A DNA stretch of 64,000 nucleotides from Phaeosaccion multiseriatum (lineage: Eukaryota; Protista; Ochrophyta, other classes): assembly GCA_965112735.1 (NCBI GenBank), contig OZ218953.1:1922001-1986000 (forward strand), written 5' to 3'. The translations under genes and the position numbers were made by a program. Below the pieces are notes generated by a model that saw only the letters and a program-made list of their open reading frames with translations, was not told where the DNA came from and did no database searches. Shown one piece after another: positions 13,392 to 25,304 of the stretch. Position 1 is the stretch's first letter, and each line of letters begins with the position of its first letter.

Positions 13392-13991
13392 CCGAGGCGA
13401 CGGTTCCTACTGGTGTTTTCTTATCTTTCCCTCTTGATCGTGCGGCTACCGCTGCTGGTACCCATCCTTACGAGCAGCATAGGCTGCTGCAGCACTCCAA
13501 GGGACAACTCTGCAATAGAAGTTACAGAAAAATCCTCACTCCGACGATCCGACGGCGGCTCATGTCCCTCTCCAAAACCAATGTATTGGGCGAGTCATCG
13601 AGCAAGTGAGTGAGTGAGGGCAAAGTTGTCTCATTACCCCACAGGCTACTGCTGAGAGGCCTGTGGATAACGCTACGTTCGATGACCTACCGCCCTTTTC
13701 TCGGGCGGTAGCAGGTAGCAGGCCGGCTGACGCTGGCTCTAGCAGGTAGCACATCAGGGTTCGACTACATCACTACCCCAGACTACAGCTTGTTGCTTGA
13801 TGACAACGGCCTGAAAGAGCCAACGCTGCATGGTCTTTCATGCCGCTGGACCTCTCATGCCGCAGCATCCGCCAACAGGCCGTATAGCCACGGGCAGTCA
13901 CATAACCTTGGCGGCCAGACCATTGGCTAGTCTGCGCACCCCACCTGGTCGGTATGAGCCCGACAACACGCTCTGCCCAAGCGCGCCAGAG

Positions 13992-16284
13992 TCAAGCTTC
14001 GGTAACCAGCCGCACGAGTTTATCTATCCATGCCTGGTAGTTTGGAGTGCTGCCCAAGAGGACACTACCGCTGCCGCCTCGCCCCCCCTCTTCTTCCACG
14101 TCCCAGAGTGAGTGATCCTCAATCATCAGCTCCTGCAGGACAAAGCTGAAGTCACCACCACCACCACCACCACCACCACCCCTGCTACTGCCGCTGGTAC
14201 TGCTACTGGTCGCGCTCCTTCCCGCTCCACCCTCTGCCGCGCAAATCAACACTTCCATGGGCACAGGCATGAGCTGTTGCTTGCGAGTCCGGAGGTAGCG
14301 CCCAAGCATAGACTCTGGCGGGGGGGGGAAGGAAGGGACCACGGGAGGAGGTGGTAGGGCCTCTAGTGGTTCACTGCCATCGTTACAGGCACCAGCGGCA
14401 CCAGCAGCAGCAGCAGCAGCAGCTTCCTTGCTGCTGTCCAGGGGAGCAAGCGCAGTGTAGAAGACAGCGATGCGACCCATGCTCTCTAGGACGAAGATCC
14501 GTCCCAGCTTGCCGCTGAGCACTGCGGGCGTGCAAAGGGGCACACTGCTGGCGACGCGGGTATTCTGGTCCTCCATGCCCTGCATGTCTGGGTAAAGAAC
14601 GATGCCCAGCAGGGAGGCCTCCAGACTGAAAAAGAGGAGGAGGGGGAGGAGGGAGGGGAGGAGGGAGTCAAAGCAATGCCACAAAGAAGGAGCGATCATC
14701 GCGAGCGACGGAACGAGGGGCGGGAGGGTGTAGCGTCGAAATTGCGTCTCCCTCCTCCGCTCCTCCAAGACGCGCTGGCAGGCACATGCGACGATTGCTT
14801 GCCTCTCCCTCCCTAGCGAAGCTCTCACTCACCTCACTAGACGGCCGTAGACGGCAGCTCTCTCGTCCTCTTGCGTCTCACTGCCGCCGCAGCTGATGCC
14901 GCTGACACAACTGATGCCTCCCACTTTGGTACCTCCTCGTCCTTCTCCTCCTCCTCCTCCTCCACCACCACCACCACCACCACCACCACCACCACCACCA
15001 CCACCACCACCGCTTCTGCCTGCCTCGAAAGTAGTCTCTGGCAGGCGCAGCAGGGGAGAGAGGAGCAGACCATAGATCATGCGCAGCAGACTTCCGATCG
15101 AACCCGAGTCGAGAACCTCCACCAATGGCGGAGGGACGTATGGAGTCAACTCAACCTGCTGTTGTTGTTGTCTCACCAACTGTTGCTGCTGCTTCTTGTA
15201 ATGGCGCTCCTTGAGCACTCGCTGCTTCCTCTCGATGACATGGGTGGATGCGCAATAGATGAAGTTGGCCAGCCAGTCCCGGAGCAGAGCGCGAGCTTCG
15301 ACCAAGCCCTCTCTGGGCTCCCAAGAGGCCGAATTCAGAGGGTCAAGAAGCAAACAATACACACACACAAGCACACGCACACACACAGGAGGAAAGAGGG
15401 GGGAGGGGAGGGGAAGACATGGATGAGGAACGATCCCGAGTGCAGTTCCGCACAGAACTCTCGAGAGGAGAAGGGAGCAGAAGCCATCGCCAAATGACAG
15501 AGTAGTGTTCTCCCCGCCCGAGAGAAGCACGTCCACACTACTTCACTCACTACACGCCCACACTCCTTCACTCACTCACTCGCCCACCCACTCCTTCCCT
15601 CCCTCCCTCCCTTCCTGCCTCTCTCTCTCTCCTCACTCACTCACTCACTCACTCACTCACTCACTCACTCACTCACTCCCTCCCTCCCTCCCTCCCTCCC
15701 TCACTCACTCACTCACCCTCTGCTCGCTTCGGCCAAGACCTTGTGCAGAATCACCGCCACCGTGGCGTTTGGTTCCAGGGCCTCGATACAAAGCCCGATG
15801 TTCTGCGACACCTCCACAAGGCTCGTCATGACACGGAGTCTGCGCACCGTCACGAGCTTCGCTCCTCGCCTTCTCCGCCTCCGGCTCTGTCTCCTCTTTC
15901 CGCTGCCGTTGCTGCCTTGCCCGCTACCCTGCCCGCCTCCTCCTTCTCCTTCTCCTTCTCCTTCTCCCTCTCTATGTACATCCTCCGTGTTGGCATCCTC
16001 CTCCTCCTCCTCCTCCTCCTCCTCCTCCTCCTCATCATCATCACTATCCTCGACCGCGATGACTGCGGTGTATGAAAACGCCACTTGCACCGCCACCGCC
16101 GCCACCCCCTTGTCTGTCACACGCGCCCCTCCAATTTCCCGTCCCGTGTGCTCGAAATCAAAGCACAGAGTCTGCCAGGGGGAGCAGCACGGGAGATGCC
16201 ACAGCCCCTCTTCCTGCGTGTCCTCCAGCCCATTGCCGACCGCCAATGTCCCGTCGTCTTTGCTGCCGCTGCTCCTCCTCCTCC

Positions 16285-16315
<31 letters not shown>

Positions 16316-18036
16316 GCCAGTGCCACCACCGCTTCCGCTCCTACTCACTCCAACCCCAGGAGGGGTGCGCACCTTGATTAAACCGTCCCAAGCCCGGGGT
16401 CCGGCGAGGTCGGAGAGCAGAACAGGCACCAATGCCTCGGCTTTGTTCTCCCCTGGACGAGGGTGCAAGAGGGAGTGGAACAGTATGCTTCCCCCGGTCA
16501 AGGTGGCCAAGGGCCGGAGGGCACTCAGGCCCAGGCAGGAGGAAGAAGACGACGCACCATCGTCACCTTCTCCTCCTTCTCCTCCTCCTCCTCCTCCTCG
16601 TCCTATGTGCCCTCCTGATGCCCCTCCTTCTGCCACGGCCGCACTCAAGATACCGACCACCGTTACACAAACTCCATTCCTGGCCGCCCGTCGGGCCTGC
16701 TGGTTGTAAAAGTCGAACGCCGGGCCATCTGTTTGGTAAGGTTCGAACGCCCCTCCGCTTGCGGCTCCGACCCCCTCCTCCACCGCCCCTGGCCCAGCGT
16801 CAGGCTTTGTCCCGAGGAACAGAAGAATCTGCACTCCCGCGTACTTAAAGCCTTCGCAACCCCCCAACCCCCCCCCAAAAACGTTACCACCACCACCACC
16901 ACCACCACCACCACCACCACCACCACCGCCACCACCACCTTCGTTCTCCAGAAGGGCTTCTCGCTCGCCCAGCACAAGGTCGAGAAGTAGCCGTAAGGCC
17001 GTGCCTATGCAATTGCTGCGACCAAACTCCCCGGGCCCGTGTGCGCCTGTCCCTCTGCCGCTGGAGCTGCAGCAAACCTCTTCCAGGGCCCCAATGGCAT
17101 TGACCACCTTGGTCCTGCTGTTGTGCCCGCCGCCACCAGTATCGCTACTATTGCTGGTGCGGCTGCTACTACTGCTGCTACTGCTGCGAGTGCCCAGCGA
17201 AAGAGCAAGCTCGTCGAGTTGGAGTACATCACCGAGGTCTGAGGGAAGGGATACAGCTGCGCGCTGCTGCTGCTTGCCCCGAGACAGCAGCTGTTGAAGT
17301 AGGGCAGGTATTGGCAATTGGGCAAGGTCGGGACGGACGTCACACAGGGAGTGTGTGTTCAGAGACGAGAGACAGAGGCCGCAAAGAGGAGGGTGAGGGG
17401 GAGGAGTGGAGGTGGTGGTGGTGGAGAAGGAGGAGGAGGAGGAGATTGTGGAGAAGGAGCAGAAGAAGGAGAAGTAACAAAAGCGAAGGAAAGCGACGCA
17501 ATCCTCGAGCCCTCGCTGCCTCGTACCTCTGCGCCCTTGCTCCTCCCTCCGTTCCCCTCCTCCTCCTGCAAACCCCTGGCGACCGCGCTGCTAGCGGGCC
17601 CGCTACCACTGCTGCTGCTGCTGCTTACGCTGATGCCTGCATCGGAGGCAATGTCCACGAACTGTACATGGGGCAGCTCAGAGGACAAGTCGAAGAGCCC
17701 TACCCGATCCGAAGCTGTGACGAGCGCGAAGCGAGCGTCATCGGGAAGCGTGTGCACAAGGGCTCTCAAAGACACCATGACCGCTTCAATGTACTCCTTT
17801 CCTCCCAACTCGTCCACGACAGCAAGGTAGACTGGAGGCCGTTGAGCCGTCTGTTCCGCTACCAGGTAGCCTTGCGACTGCGGCTCATTCTGCGGTTGTC
17901 GCTGTCTTTGTCTCCGCTGCTGCTGCGGCTGCTGCTGCTCGTACGCATGTAGTTGGGACTCCTTGCTATCCAAGGGCAGCGGATACTCCACCACCTGCCA
18001 GGAGTCAAAGGAGGTCACCACGAACCACACACACAT

Positions 18037-18089
<53 letters not shown>

Positions 18090-19461
18090 CAGCGGAAGTA
18101 AGAGCGCGTTGCTCGGATGGGCTATCGAGACAGAGGAAAGCGCGTCGCAGCATATGTCGAAGGGCAGAAGACGGTAACGAGCAGACCCCACCCGAAGCCC
18201 TGCTCAGATGGAATGCTTGAAAGACCCTTCCTCGAGTATTGCGTCACCACGCACCGAGTATCGCAACTCCGGGAGGGACTGCTGTTGGTTCTTCGGGACA
18301 CAGTAGCGGCCCATTTGTGGGGTAATGGGGCTCTGCTCGCTGCACACCTGCGAGGGGTGCACCGTGGGGACGAGGAGGGTCGTTCAGTACGTAGCAACAG
18401 GTTAAAACATTCAGAAGCCAAGATTCCGTCAGGACGCGATGGTTTACGCAGGGTGATCAAAGGGCCTGAGTAAGAAGGCGGGCGGGCTGAAGCAAACAAC
18501 CACCATGCTCACTGCCTAAGCGAGAAAGCGAAAAAAGCCCCGGTAGAGACTTCAAACGACGGGACAGAGCATTGATTGGCAAAAGCCACCTACGTACCGA
18601 GCATTGCCACCAGCGGAGAGTTGTCACCACGAAGGGGTTGATGTACGCGAAGCAGTGGTGGCAGCGAGCAATCTGCTCAACAGGGATATCGATCAGATCT
18701 CCTCCCATGGCGACCCCCCCCCCTCCGCCCCAGCCGCCGCCTTCCTGTGAACGCCTCTTGCCACGAGGTCTGGGGCTTCTCGGTCTCCGGTTCCTACTGC
18801 CAGTGTTGGTGTTGACGTGGCTGCTGCTGAAGGTGCTGCTGCTCTTTCGGTGGGCAAAGGGCGTGACACAACAGGACCATGGCAATCCTGTTTCTTCCTT
18901 GACGTGCGCTGCGTGCGCGAAGAAGGGGGAGAGAGAAAGCGAGATAGGGCAGATGGAGTGTGTGCGAGCGTGTGTGTGAGGGAGAGGGAGGGACGGAGAG
19001 ATCAAAGAGAGACAACAGAGGGGGGGGGGAGAAAGCGAGATGGGGCGGATGGAGTGTGTGCGAGCGTGAGAGAGAGAGGGGGGGATCATAGAGAGGAGTA
19101 AGAGGGCGAGATGGAGAGAGGGTGCGTGATGAGTGAGAGCGAGGGAGGAGAGAGAAGGGTAGAGAGAGAGAAGAGGGAGAACGACAGGGGAGGAAAAAAA
19201 TAGATAGAGGGCCATAAACAGACAGAGTTGAGTGAGAGGCAGGGAGGGAGGACGCCCAAGAGGAGGTGCCTCTGTGCATCGACAAAAAGGCGGCAAGGAC
19301 TTACGTGAAGCAGGAAAGACATCTTGCGTGAATTTGATGTGCTCGAGGTGAGGAGGCAGCCGTTCCTCTGTGAACTCTCTGCCTCCCTTCCCCCCCGTCT
19401 GCTGCTGTTGGGTTTGCGCTGTAGTGTCCAGAGCCGACGAGGGAGGAACGACCGGCCTCAT
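13992..19461 (-). CDS. Sec23/Sec24-family COPII coat protein (divergent; resembles plant SEC23D type)
   Basis: Exons 19461-19305, 18908-18598, 18347-18255, 17994-17527, 17290-15717, 15312-14833, 14625-13992 are in phase. Motifs: TGLPWSCCVTPF, Zn finger RCHHCFAYINPF...WQCSVC, vWA trunk PPVYLAVVD...LPDDARFALVT, LATLTGGSI, AWDGLIKVRTPPG, VQVAFSYT, RRLRVMT, C-terminal LMIED. Confidence 0.88.
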
Positions 19462-19895
19462 CTCAGGAACGAGCCGGAAAGGGACAGATCAAGAGCGCGA
19501 GAACAGCGGTAGAGAATAAAGACGGACAAAAGGGAGACACACAGAGACACAGAGAGCCAGAGAGGAAGAAGAGAGAGAGAGAGAGAGAGGAAAAGAAAAA
19601 AGGGAAATGCCGGAGAGCCGGGCCCGCGGGACAAAGTTTCAGTGCGATGGGGGGCTGGGATTGTGGGGATCGGGAGCGGCAGCAAAGAAAGAAGCGAAAA
19701 GAAAAAATTGTGGTACAAACAGAGACCAGCAAACCAGGTAGATTGAGCAATCGATTGTTGCTGCTTCAGATCGAGGCATTTCTCTGCGCGCCCGACATAA
19801 AGGAGTTGGACGCAGCATAAGGGGGAAGGGGGAAAGGGAAGTAGCAGCACGGGCAGGCGGGGCACGGAGGCGCGAGTGGAGCTACCTATAGGAAT

Positions 19896-20117
19896 ATGAT
19901 TATTCCAGTGCGTTGCTTCACTTGCGGCAAGGTCATTGGCAACAAGTGGGAGAGCTACCTCAATCTTCTGCAGGCGGACGAGACGGAGGGAGACGCCCTG
20001 GACGCGCTGGGACTGAAGAGATACTGCTGCCGGCGGATGGTGCTTACGCACGTCGACCTCATCGAGAAGCTACTGAACTACAACACTCTTGAGCGGAGGG
20101 ACACTGCTTCGTCCTAA
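19896..20117 (+). CDS. RPB10: RNA polymerases I/II/III shared subunit RPABC5
   Basis: Intronless 73-aa ORF with the canonical [15 protein letters not shown]...[25 protein letters not shown]. Confidence 0.99.
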   Translation: MIIPVRCFTCGKVIGNKWESYLNLLQADETEGDALDALGLKRYCCRRMVLTHVDLIEKLLNYNTLERRDTASS

Positions 20118-20256
20118 GAAGCTGAGCCGTAAGTAATATACCTACTACCAAAAGATCCTCAAGTCCTCCCCCCCCCTGCTCTGCTGATTGGTGCCGAGCA
20201 GCACAGCAGCAGTAGCAGCAGCAGCAGCGACAATAGATGTGACCAGCAGCATAAGA

Positions 20257-20736
20257 ATGATCTCTCGCTTGTTTTGGTGGTTGGGGGCGGGGGTCATCCT
20301 GCTGCTCTCCCTCGTGCAGCGCACACAGTGCTTTCAGCTTCTGCCCTCTAGAGCGGGAAGTGTCTTCAGCAGGAGGCCACGCTCAACATGCGGCGGCGGC
20401 AGCAGCAGCAGCAGCAGTTACGCTGTTGCAGGAAGGGATCAAGCCCCCCCTCCGCCCCGGGCGTATCTCGGCAGTCATCTTTTGAGGCATGCGTCGCTGG
20501 GTGGGGCGGAGAGCGAGACAACGACTGCTGCGGGGGGGGGGGAGACTGGGGCGGGTCTGGGGAGGCACGCGTCGCGGGGGATGTCCGATGCGGAGATGCG
20601 CGAGCTGGTGTTCGCCGGAGAGGAGGGCTGGATGGCAAGCGACATGAACCCGGCAGTCCAGAGGCAGGCAATGCAGGCAATGTTTGACGGCTTGGCTAGC
20701 GGGGGAGAAGAGGATGAAGGAAAGGAGGAAAATCTT

Positions 20737-20781
<45 letters not shown>

Positions 20782-22146
20782 GAGGAGGAGCAGCAGGACC
20801 GAGACACCCCCCCACTGGGGAGGCCACAACTGGATGCAGTAGAGGCGATCCCTTCTGCTGTTGAGGGAGGGTTTTATGGGAGCGATGAGGCGAAGAGACA
20901 GAGGTCCTTAGATCTGCAGGGCGATCTCACGTCGCTGATGACCGCAGCCCCGGCGAAGAAGAAGGAGATGCCGTCCATGGGCGATAGCGTCATGCATGAT
21001 GTAGTGTTTCGGAACGAGGAGGGGTTCGCCAAGACCTCCAACGATTTCAAGAAGAAGCTTCTCCTTGTCCGAAAAGAGGACCCTCCCATTCGCTTCGACG
21101 ATGAGGGTGAGTGAGTGAGGGAGTGTGTGGGTGGGTTGGTGAATGCATTTCTCAAGAGCCTCCTCCTTCCATGCCTTGACAGCAACAACACACAAGAGCG
21201 GATTTCGACTCTCTCCTCACCCACCTGCCCCCCCATCCCTCTCTTGTCTGCATTTGGATCTAAATTGTCACCTGCCTAATTACGTACATACCTACCCCCT
21301 TCTCTCCCTCCCTACCTACCTACCTTCCTTCCTCCCTCCCTCCCTCCCTCCCTCCCTTCCTTCCTCCCTACTTACCTACATCCTACCTCTACCCACCTAC
21401 CTACCTTCCTCCTTCTTCCTTCCTACCTGCCTACCTACCTACCTACATACCTACCTACATACCTACACCTACCTACCTACCTACCTACCTACCTACCTAC
21501 CTACCTACCTGCCTACCTACCTACCTACCACAGGCAATCTGCTTGAGAAGGAGCTGCAACCAGAGTCGCCAGAGGAGCGCGACGCGAGGCAGCTGGAAGC
21601 CATCCAGCGCGACTTGGAGAAAGAGATCGACTTGGCGTTCGGGGAGAGCGATTTGTGCCCTGTGTGCGACAGCCCAGCGTGGGACGACGAGCTCGACAAG
21701 TGGGGTATGTGCAACATCTGCTACGCTCAGGCAAAGGTGAGTGGAAAGATGTCCCAGTCCAGTCCTGAATGGATGGAAAAGTTTGCATTGTTGGTTGGCA
21801 TTGGGCATTGATTGGACCCCTTCTTTGGCTTGGCCTCTCGCTTGGCCTCTCCCTTTCTTTCTTCTTCTCTTCCTCCTTTTGTTGTATGTGTGCAAGTTGA
21901 GGTGTGTGGTGCGGTCGCCAGTTTGTATTGCCCGCTCTTTCCGTGTCCTGCTGTTTCGACGCACTCAACCTATCTTTTGCTGTTGCAATGCTGCTGTACT
22001 ACCAACTGCTACAGCTGGTGAAGCCTGTCCGGGCGGACGTGTACGAGAACACTCATCGCTCGACGAATATTAGCGTCACGCAGACACCCGTCAGCCCCTC
22101 GAGCAGCAATGCGCCTATCACACAGAGTCCGACCAACCAGCAGCCG

Positions 22147-22183
<37 letters not shown>

Positions 22184-23082
22184 GGCTGCCGCAACAACCG
22201 GTACCCGGCGGCCGCATCAGCAGCAGCAGCGGGCAACTACCAAAAGCCGTCGGCATCAGCAGAAGTAGTAGTAGCAGTAGCAGCAGCGGCGGCCTCAGAG
22301 TGGCCGGCGCCCCGGGCAGAATAAGTGGGGATATGTCAGAAGTTCCCACGAAGAAAAGCAGTGCCAAGTCAGCAGTGCTCACCCCAAGCGGCGGTACGTC
22401 TGTACAAGCGCTGCAGAAGGAGGTGTCTGCGTTGCGTGCCGAGGTGAAGGAGCTCACTGCCGCCCACGCTTCAACCGCCTCGGAGCTGACTATGCTCAAG
22501 AGACTGGTGCACAGCCTAATAGGATCCAGAGGACTCGGAGGCTTTGCGGGACCGGCCGCATCGAGAACGGGGAAGAAAGCAGCAGCAGCAGGAGGAGGAG
22601 GAGGAGGAGGAGGAGGAGGAGGAGGAGGAGGAGGAGAGGTGGTAGGAGGGGCTGGAGGTGCTGCTCCCAAACCCAAGAGGGGAAGGCCCCGCAAAGTCGC
22701 GGCGGTCGGAGGGTCAGCGGTATCGAAAACGGGGGGACAAGCTGCAGGAGGAGGAGGAGACGTGACAGTAGGGGCTGGAGATGCTGCTTCCAAACTCAAG
22801 AGGGGAAGGGTCCTCAAGGTCGGACCGCTCGGAGGCTCGGCGGTGTCGAACACAGAGGGGGAAAGAGCAGCAGCAGCAGCAGCGGCGGCGGCAACAGCAA
22901 CAGGAGGAGAAGGAGCAGATGTGGCGGGAAGGGGTGAAGGTGCGGCTGCCAAACAAGATAAGGTAGGCAAGCCCCACAAAGGCCTGGGCCCGAGAGTGAC
23001 TAGCACACGCAAGGCAGCACCCCCACCATTGCACGGCACGTACCAGCCGCCTTCGTTTGCCGATACGATTTTCAGCCAGTGA
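20257..23082 (+). CDS. Uncharacterised protein: bipartite plastid-type presequence, CxxC/CxxC Zn ribbon, coiled coil, AT-hook
   Basis: Exons 20257-21106, 21534-21736, 22015-23082 join in phase. Signal peptide MISRLFWWLGAGVILLLSLVQRTQC is followed by F and an S/R-rich transit-like segment. Also CPVC-x15-CNIC, heptads VQALQKEVSALRAEVKEL, and PKRGRPRK. Confidence 0.65.
21280..21530 (+). repeat. Intronic (CCTA)n/(CCCT)n tetranucleotide array
   Basis: Direct inspection. Confidence 0.9.
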
Positions 23083-23605
23083 AATGAATAACTGAATGCA
23101 CGAATATACTAAGCAGTGGAACATGAACTGCTCAATACAGGTTGAGAGGTTACGGGTGAAGCCGAGAGCGCTGCGAGAGAGGAACGGTCTGTAACGAACA
23201 TTGCCTTCTCCTCCTCCACCCGATGAACAGGAACTGCACTGACATATATATGTATGCCATATGTATATATAATATAATTGTGAGGGGGCGTCTCTCTCAG
23301 AGAGACTCCTTCATCGCATCATGACATGTGTTCAGGGCCTGATCCTGTGCGTCGCTCGGAGCGAAAGGAACTGGATGACCATCACAGCCCGAGTACCCCA
23401 TAGGAGAAAGGGAACGCCGACGCTCCCCCCCGCCACGCTAACCCCAGCAACTCCGCAGCCACCAGGAATCGACCGTCCTCTTTGCTGTCAAAATATGGCC
23501 TCTGTCCTTGCTTTCACCTCTCGAAAATAGCAACAGAACATGCCCCCCCCCCCAATGGTCCACTACGTGCGTTTCAAGACACGCAAACGAAGCATGCCCC
23601 CCAAT

Positions 23606-23821
23606 CTATGATACCGTGCAGCACTTTCCGCCTTGCCCTGCATTTTGATGCCACATGTTTGCCTCTGGTGGTGCAGCTGAGAAAGGCTCCGCTGTGTCCG
23701 AAACGTAGCCGAGCAGACCGTCTAGGGCTTGGGAGTGCACCTGTGCGCTCTCCACGCTCTTGAGCTCTGCCTTGAGCTTCTCCACCTCTGCGTTGACCTT
23801 CACCAGCGTTGTCTCAGACAT
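23606..23821 (-). CDS. Heterotrimeric G-protein gamma subunit-like (GGL) protein
   Basis: 71 aa with an N-terminal coiled coil VEKLKAELKS, SQALDGLLGYV, an EPF (DPL-like) motif, NMW (NPW-like) and C-terminal CaaX-like GGKCCTVS. A pyrimidine-rich AG acceptor near 23860 suggests a 5'UTR intron. Confidence 0.75.
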   Translation of the reverse strand: MSETTLVKVNAEVEKLKAELKSVESAQVHSQALDGLLGYVSDTAEPFSAAPPEANMWHQNAGQGGKCCTVS

Positions 23822-24621
23822 GGCTACTGATGGAAGGCTTCAGGTGTTGTCTAACACCTGGGGGGGGGGGCGGAAGGGGGGCAAGTGGACAAAGACAGGG
23901 GCAGGTCAGCAAGGGCCGAAGGGCGATAGAATTGCAACGAGCGAGAGCTAATGACTGCGTCAGAGCTCCCAGCGCTGCGGGACCCCCTCCGCTTCCTCCG
24001 TCCTGTAGCCGTACCGTTGCTGGCTGGTCCCTTCTATTGCTGCGGCTGCTGCTGCTGCTACTTCTGCTGCCGTGCTGAGTGGTGAAGCCCCTCTGCGATT
24101 CCTCCTGGCGCGCTCAAAGTTCTAATGGAGTTGCTGCTCTCATGCACAGTACTGCTACTTCCGGTCCCCTTGATCACTCCAGCAGCCTGTTTATTGCTGG
24201 GGCTTTCTTCTCTTTTCTCTCGTCCGTCTTTTGCTCTGGGCAACAGGCCAAAACGTCCCAGGGGGGCTGCCGGTCCCAACGAAACCGTCCGCCAACCCCT
24301 TGTACGACACAGGCGTCTGCGGAAGGCGTATCAGGGCAGAGAGGGCCGTGGCAGAGTAATAATAGCAGAACCAGCAGCAAGCGTCATGAGACTGTGAAGG
24401 AGCTTGGAAGGCGGGGCCACGAAGGACAGGGAGACGGCAGCAGAGAAGAGTTGGAAAAAAAGCAGAAAAGGATGAGCCTTCGGATTTTGGCCCGGGCTCT
24501 CCCTCCGTGACTCGTCCTCTTTGTGTGCTCGCGTTGGGGCTACCTGACTCTACTGTAGCTAGTCTTACTGTGAGGCGGGTGCTGGAATACGCGGGCGCCA
24601 GAGGCCAGCGGTGCGTCAAGC

Positions 24622-25271
24622 ATGAAGTTTTCAAGACCAGAGGCGCCGCCTGGACAGCAGCGACTGCCGAGGAGGAACCGGTTGGCCCCCTCTCCTTACG
24701 GGAGTCCTGATCCGTGGATACTGAGACAACGAGAAGCGGGGTGGAATGATCGCTTCTTCGTCTCCAGCAGAGGAATGAATGGCAAAAGGAAGGTACGACT
24801 GGCGTGGCAAGACACACAGTAGAGAGTTTTGGGGTGGGGGGGCGGTGTGTTGGTGAGCAGCCGCGTTGATGTGTAATCAGCGCTGCTCTTTTGCTCTCTC
24901 ATAATTTTCCTTTGCAGATCCTCGAAAGCAAGATGAAGGAGAAACAGGAGCAGGAGGACTCGCAGTCATCACTGGTCCTCCCTGACGCCGAACCGAAGAG
25001 AGGCGTGAGCGTGAAGTATGGAGACGGCGGCCGCGACCCTCCCCCGCGGCGGAAGCGCGAGCGAGCGGGTGGCAATGCTGGCCGTGGTCCGCCCTCCCGC
25101 CTAGTCTCTCAAGAAGAGCAGGCGCAGCTGCGGCAAGTAGAGAGGGCCTACGCTCTGCAAAACCTGGCCACACGTGCGTGTGTATACCGGGAACAACTGC
25201 TGATGCAGGTCAACGCGATCGTCGTCAACTGGCCCAGGCAGCAGAAGCAGCAGAAGCAGCAGAAGCAGAAG

Positions 25272-25304
<33 letters not shown>

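Noticed and set aside
13715-13790. GGTTCGACT resembling a tRNA T-loop
   Set aside because: The flanks do not pair into a T-stem, and there is no acceptor or anticodon stem.
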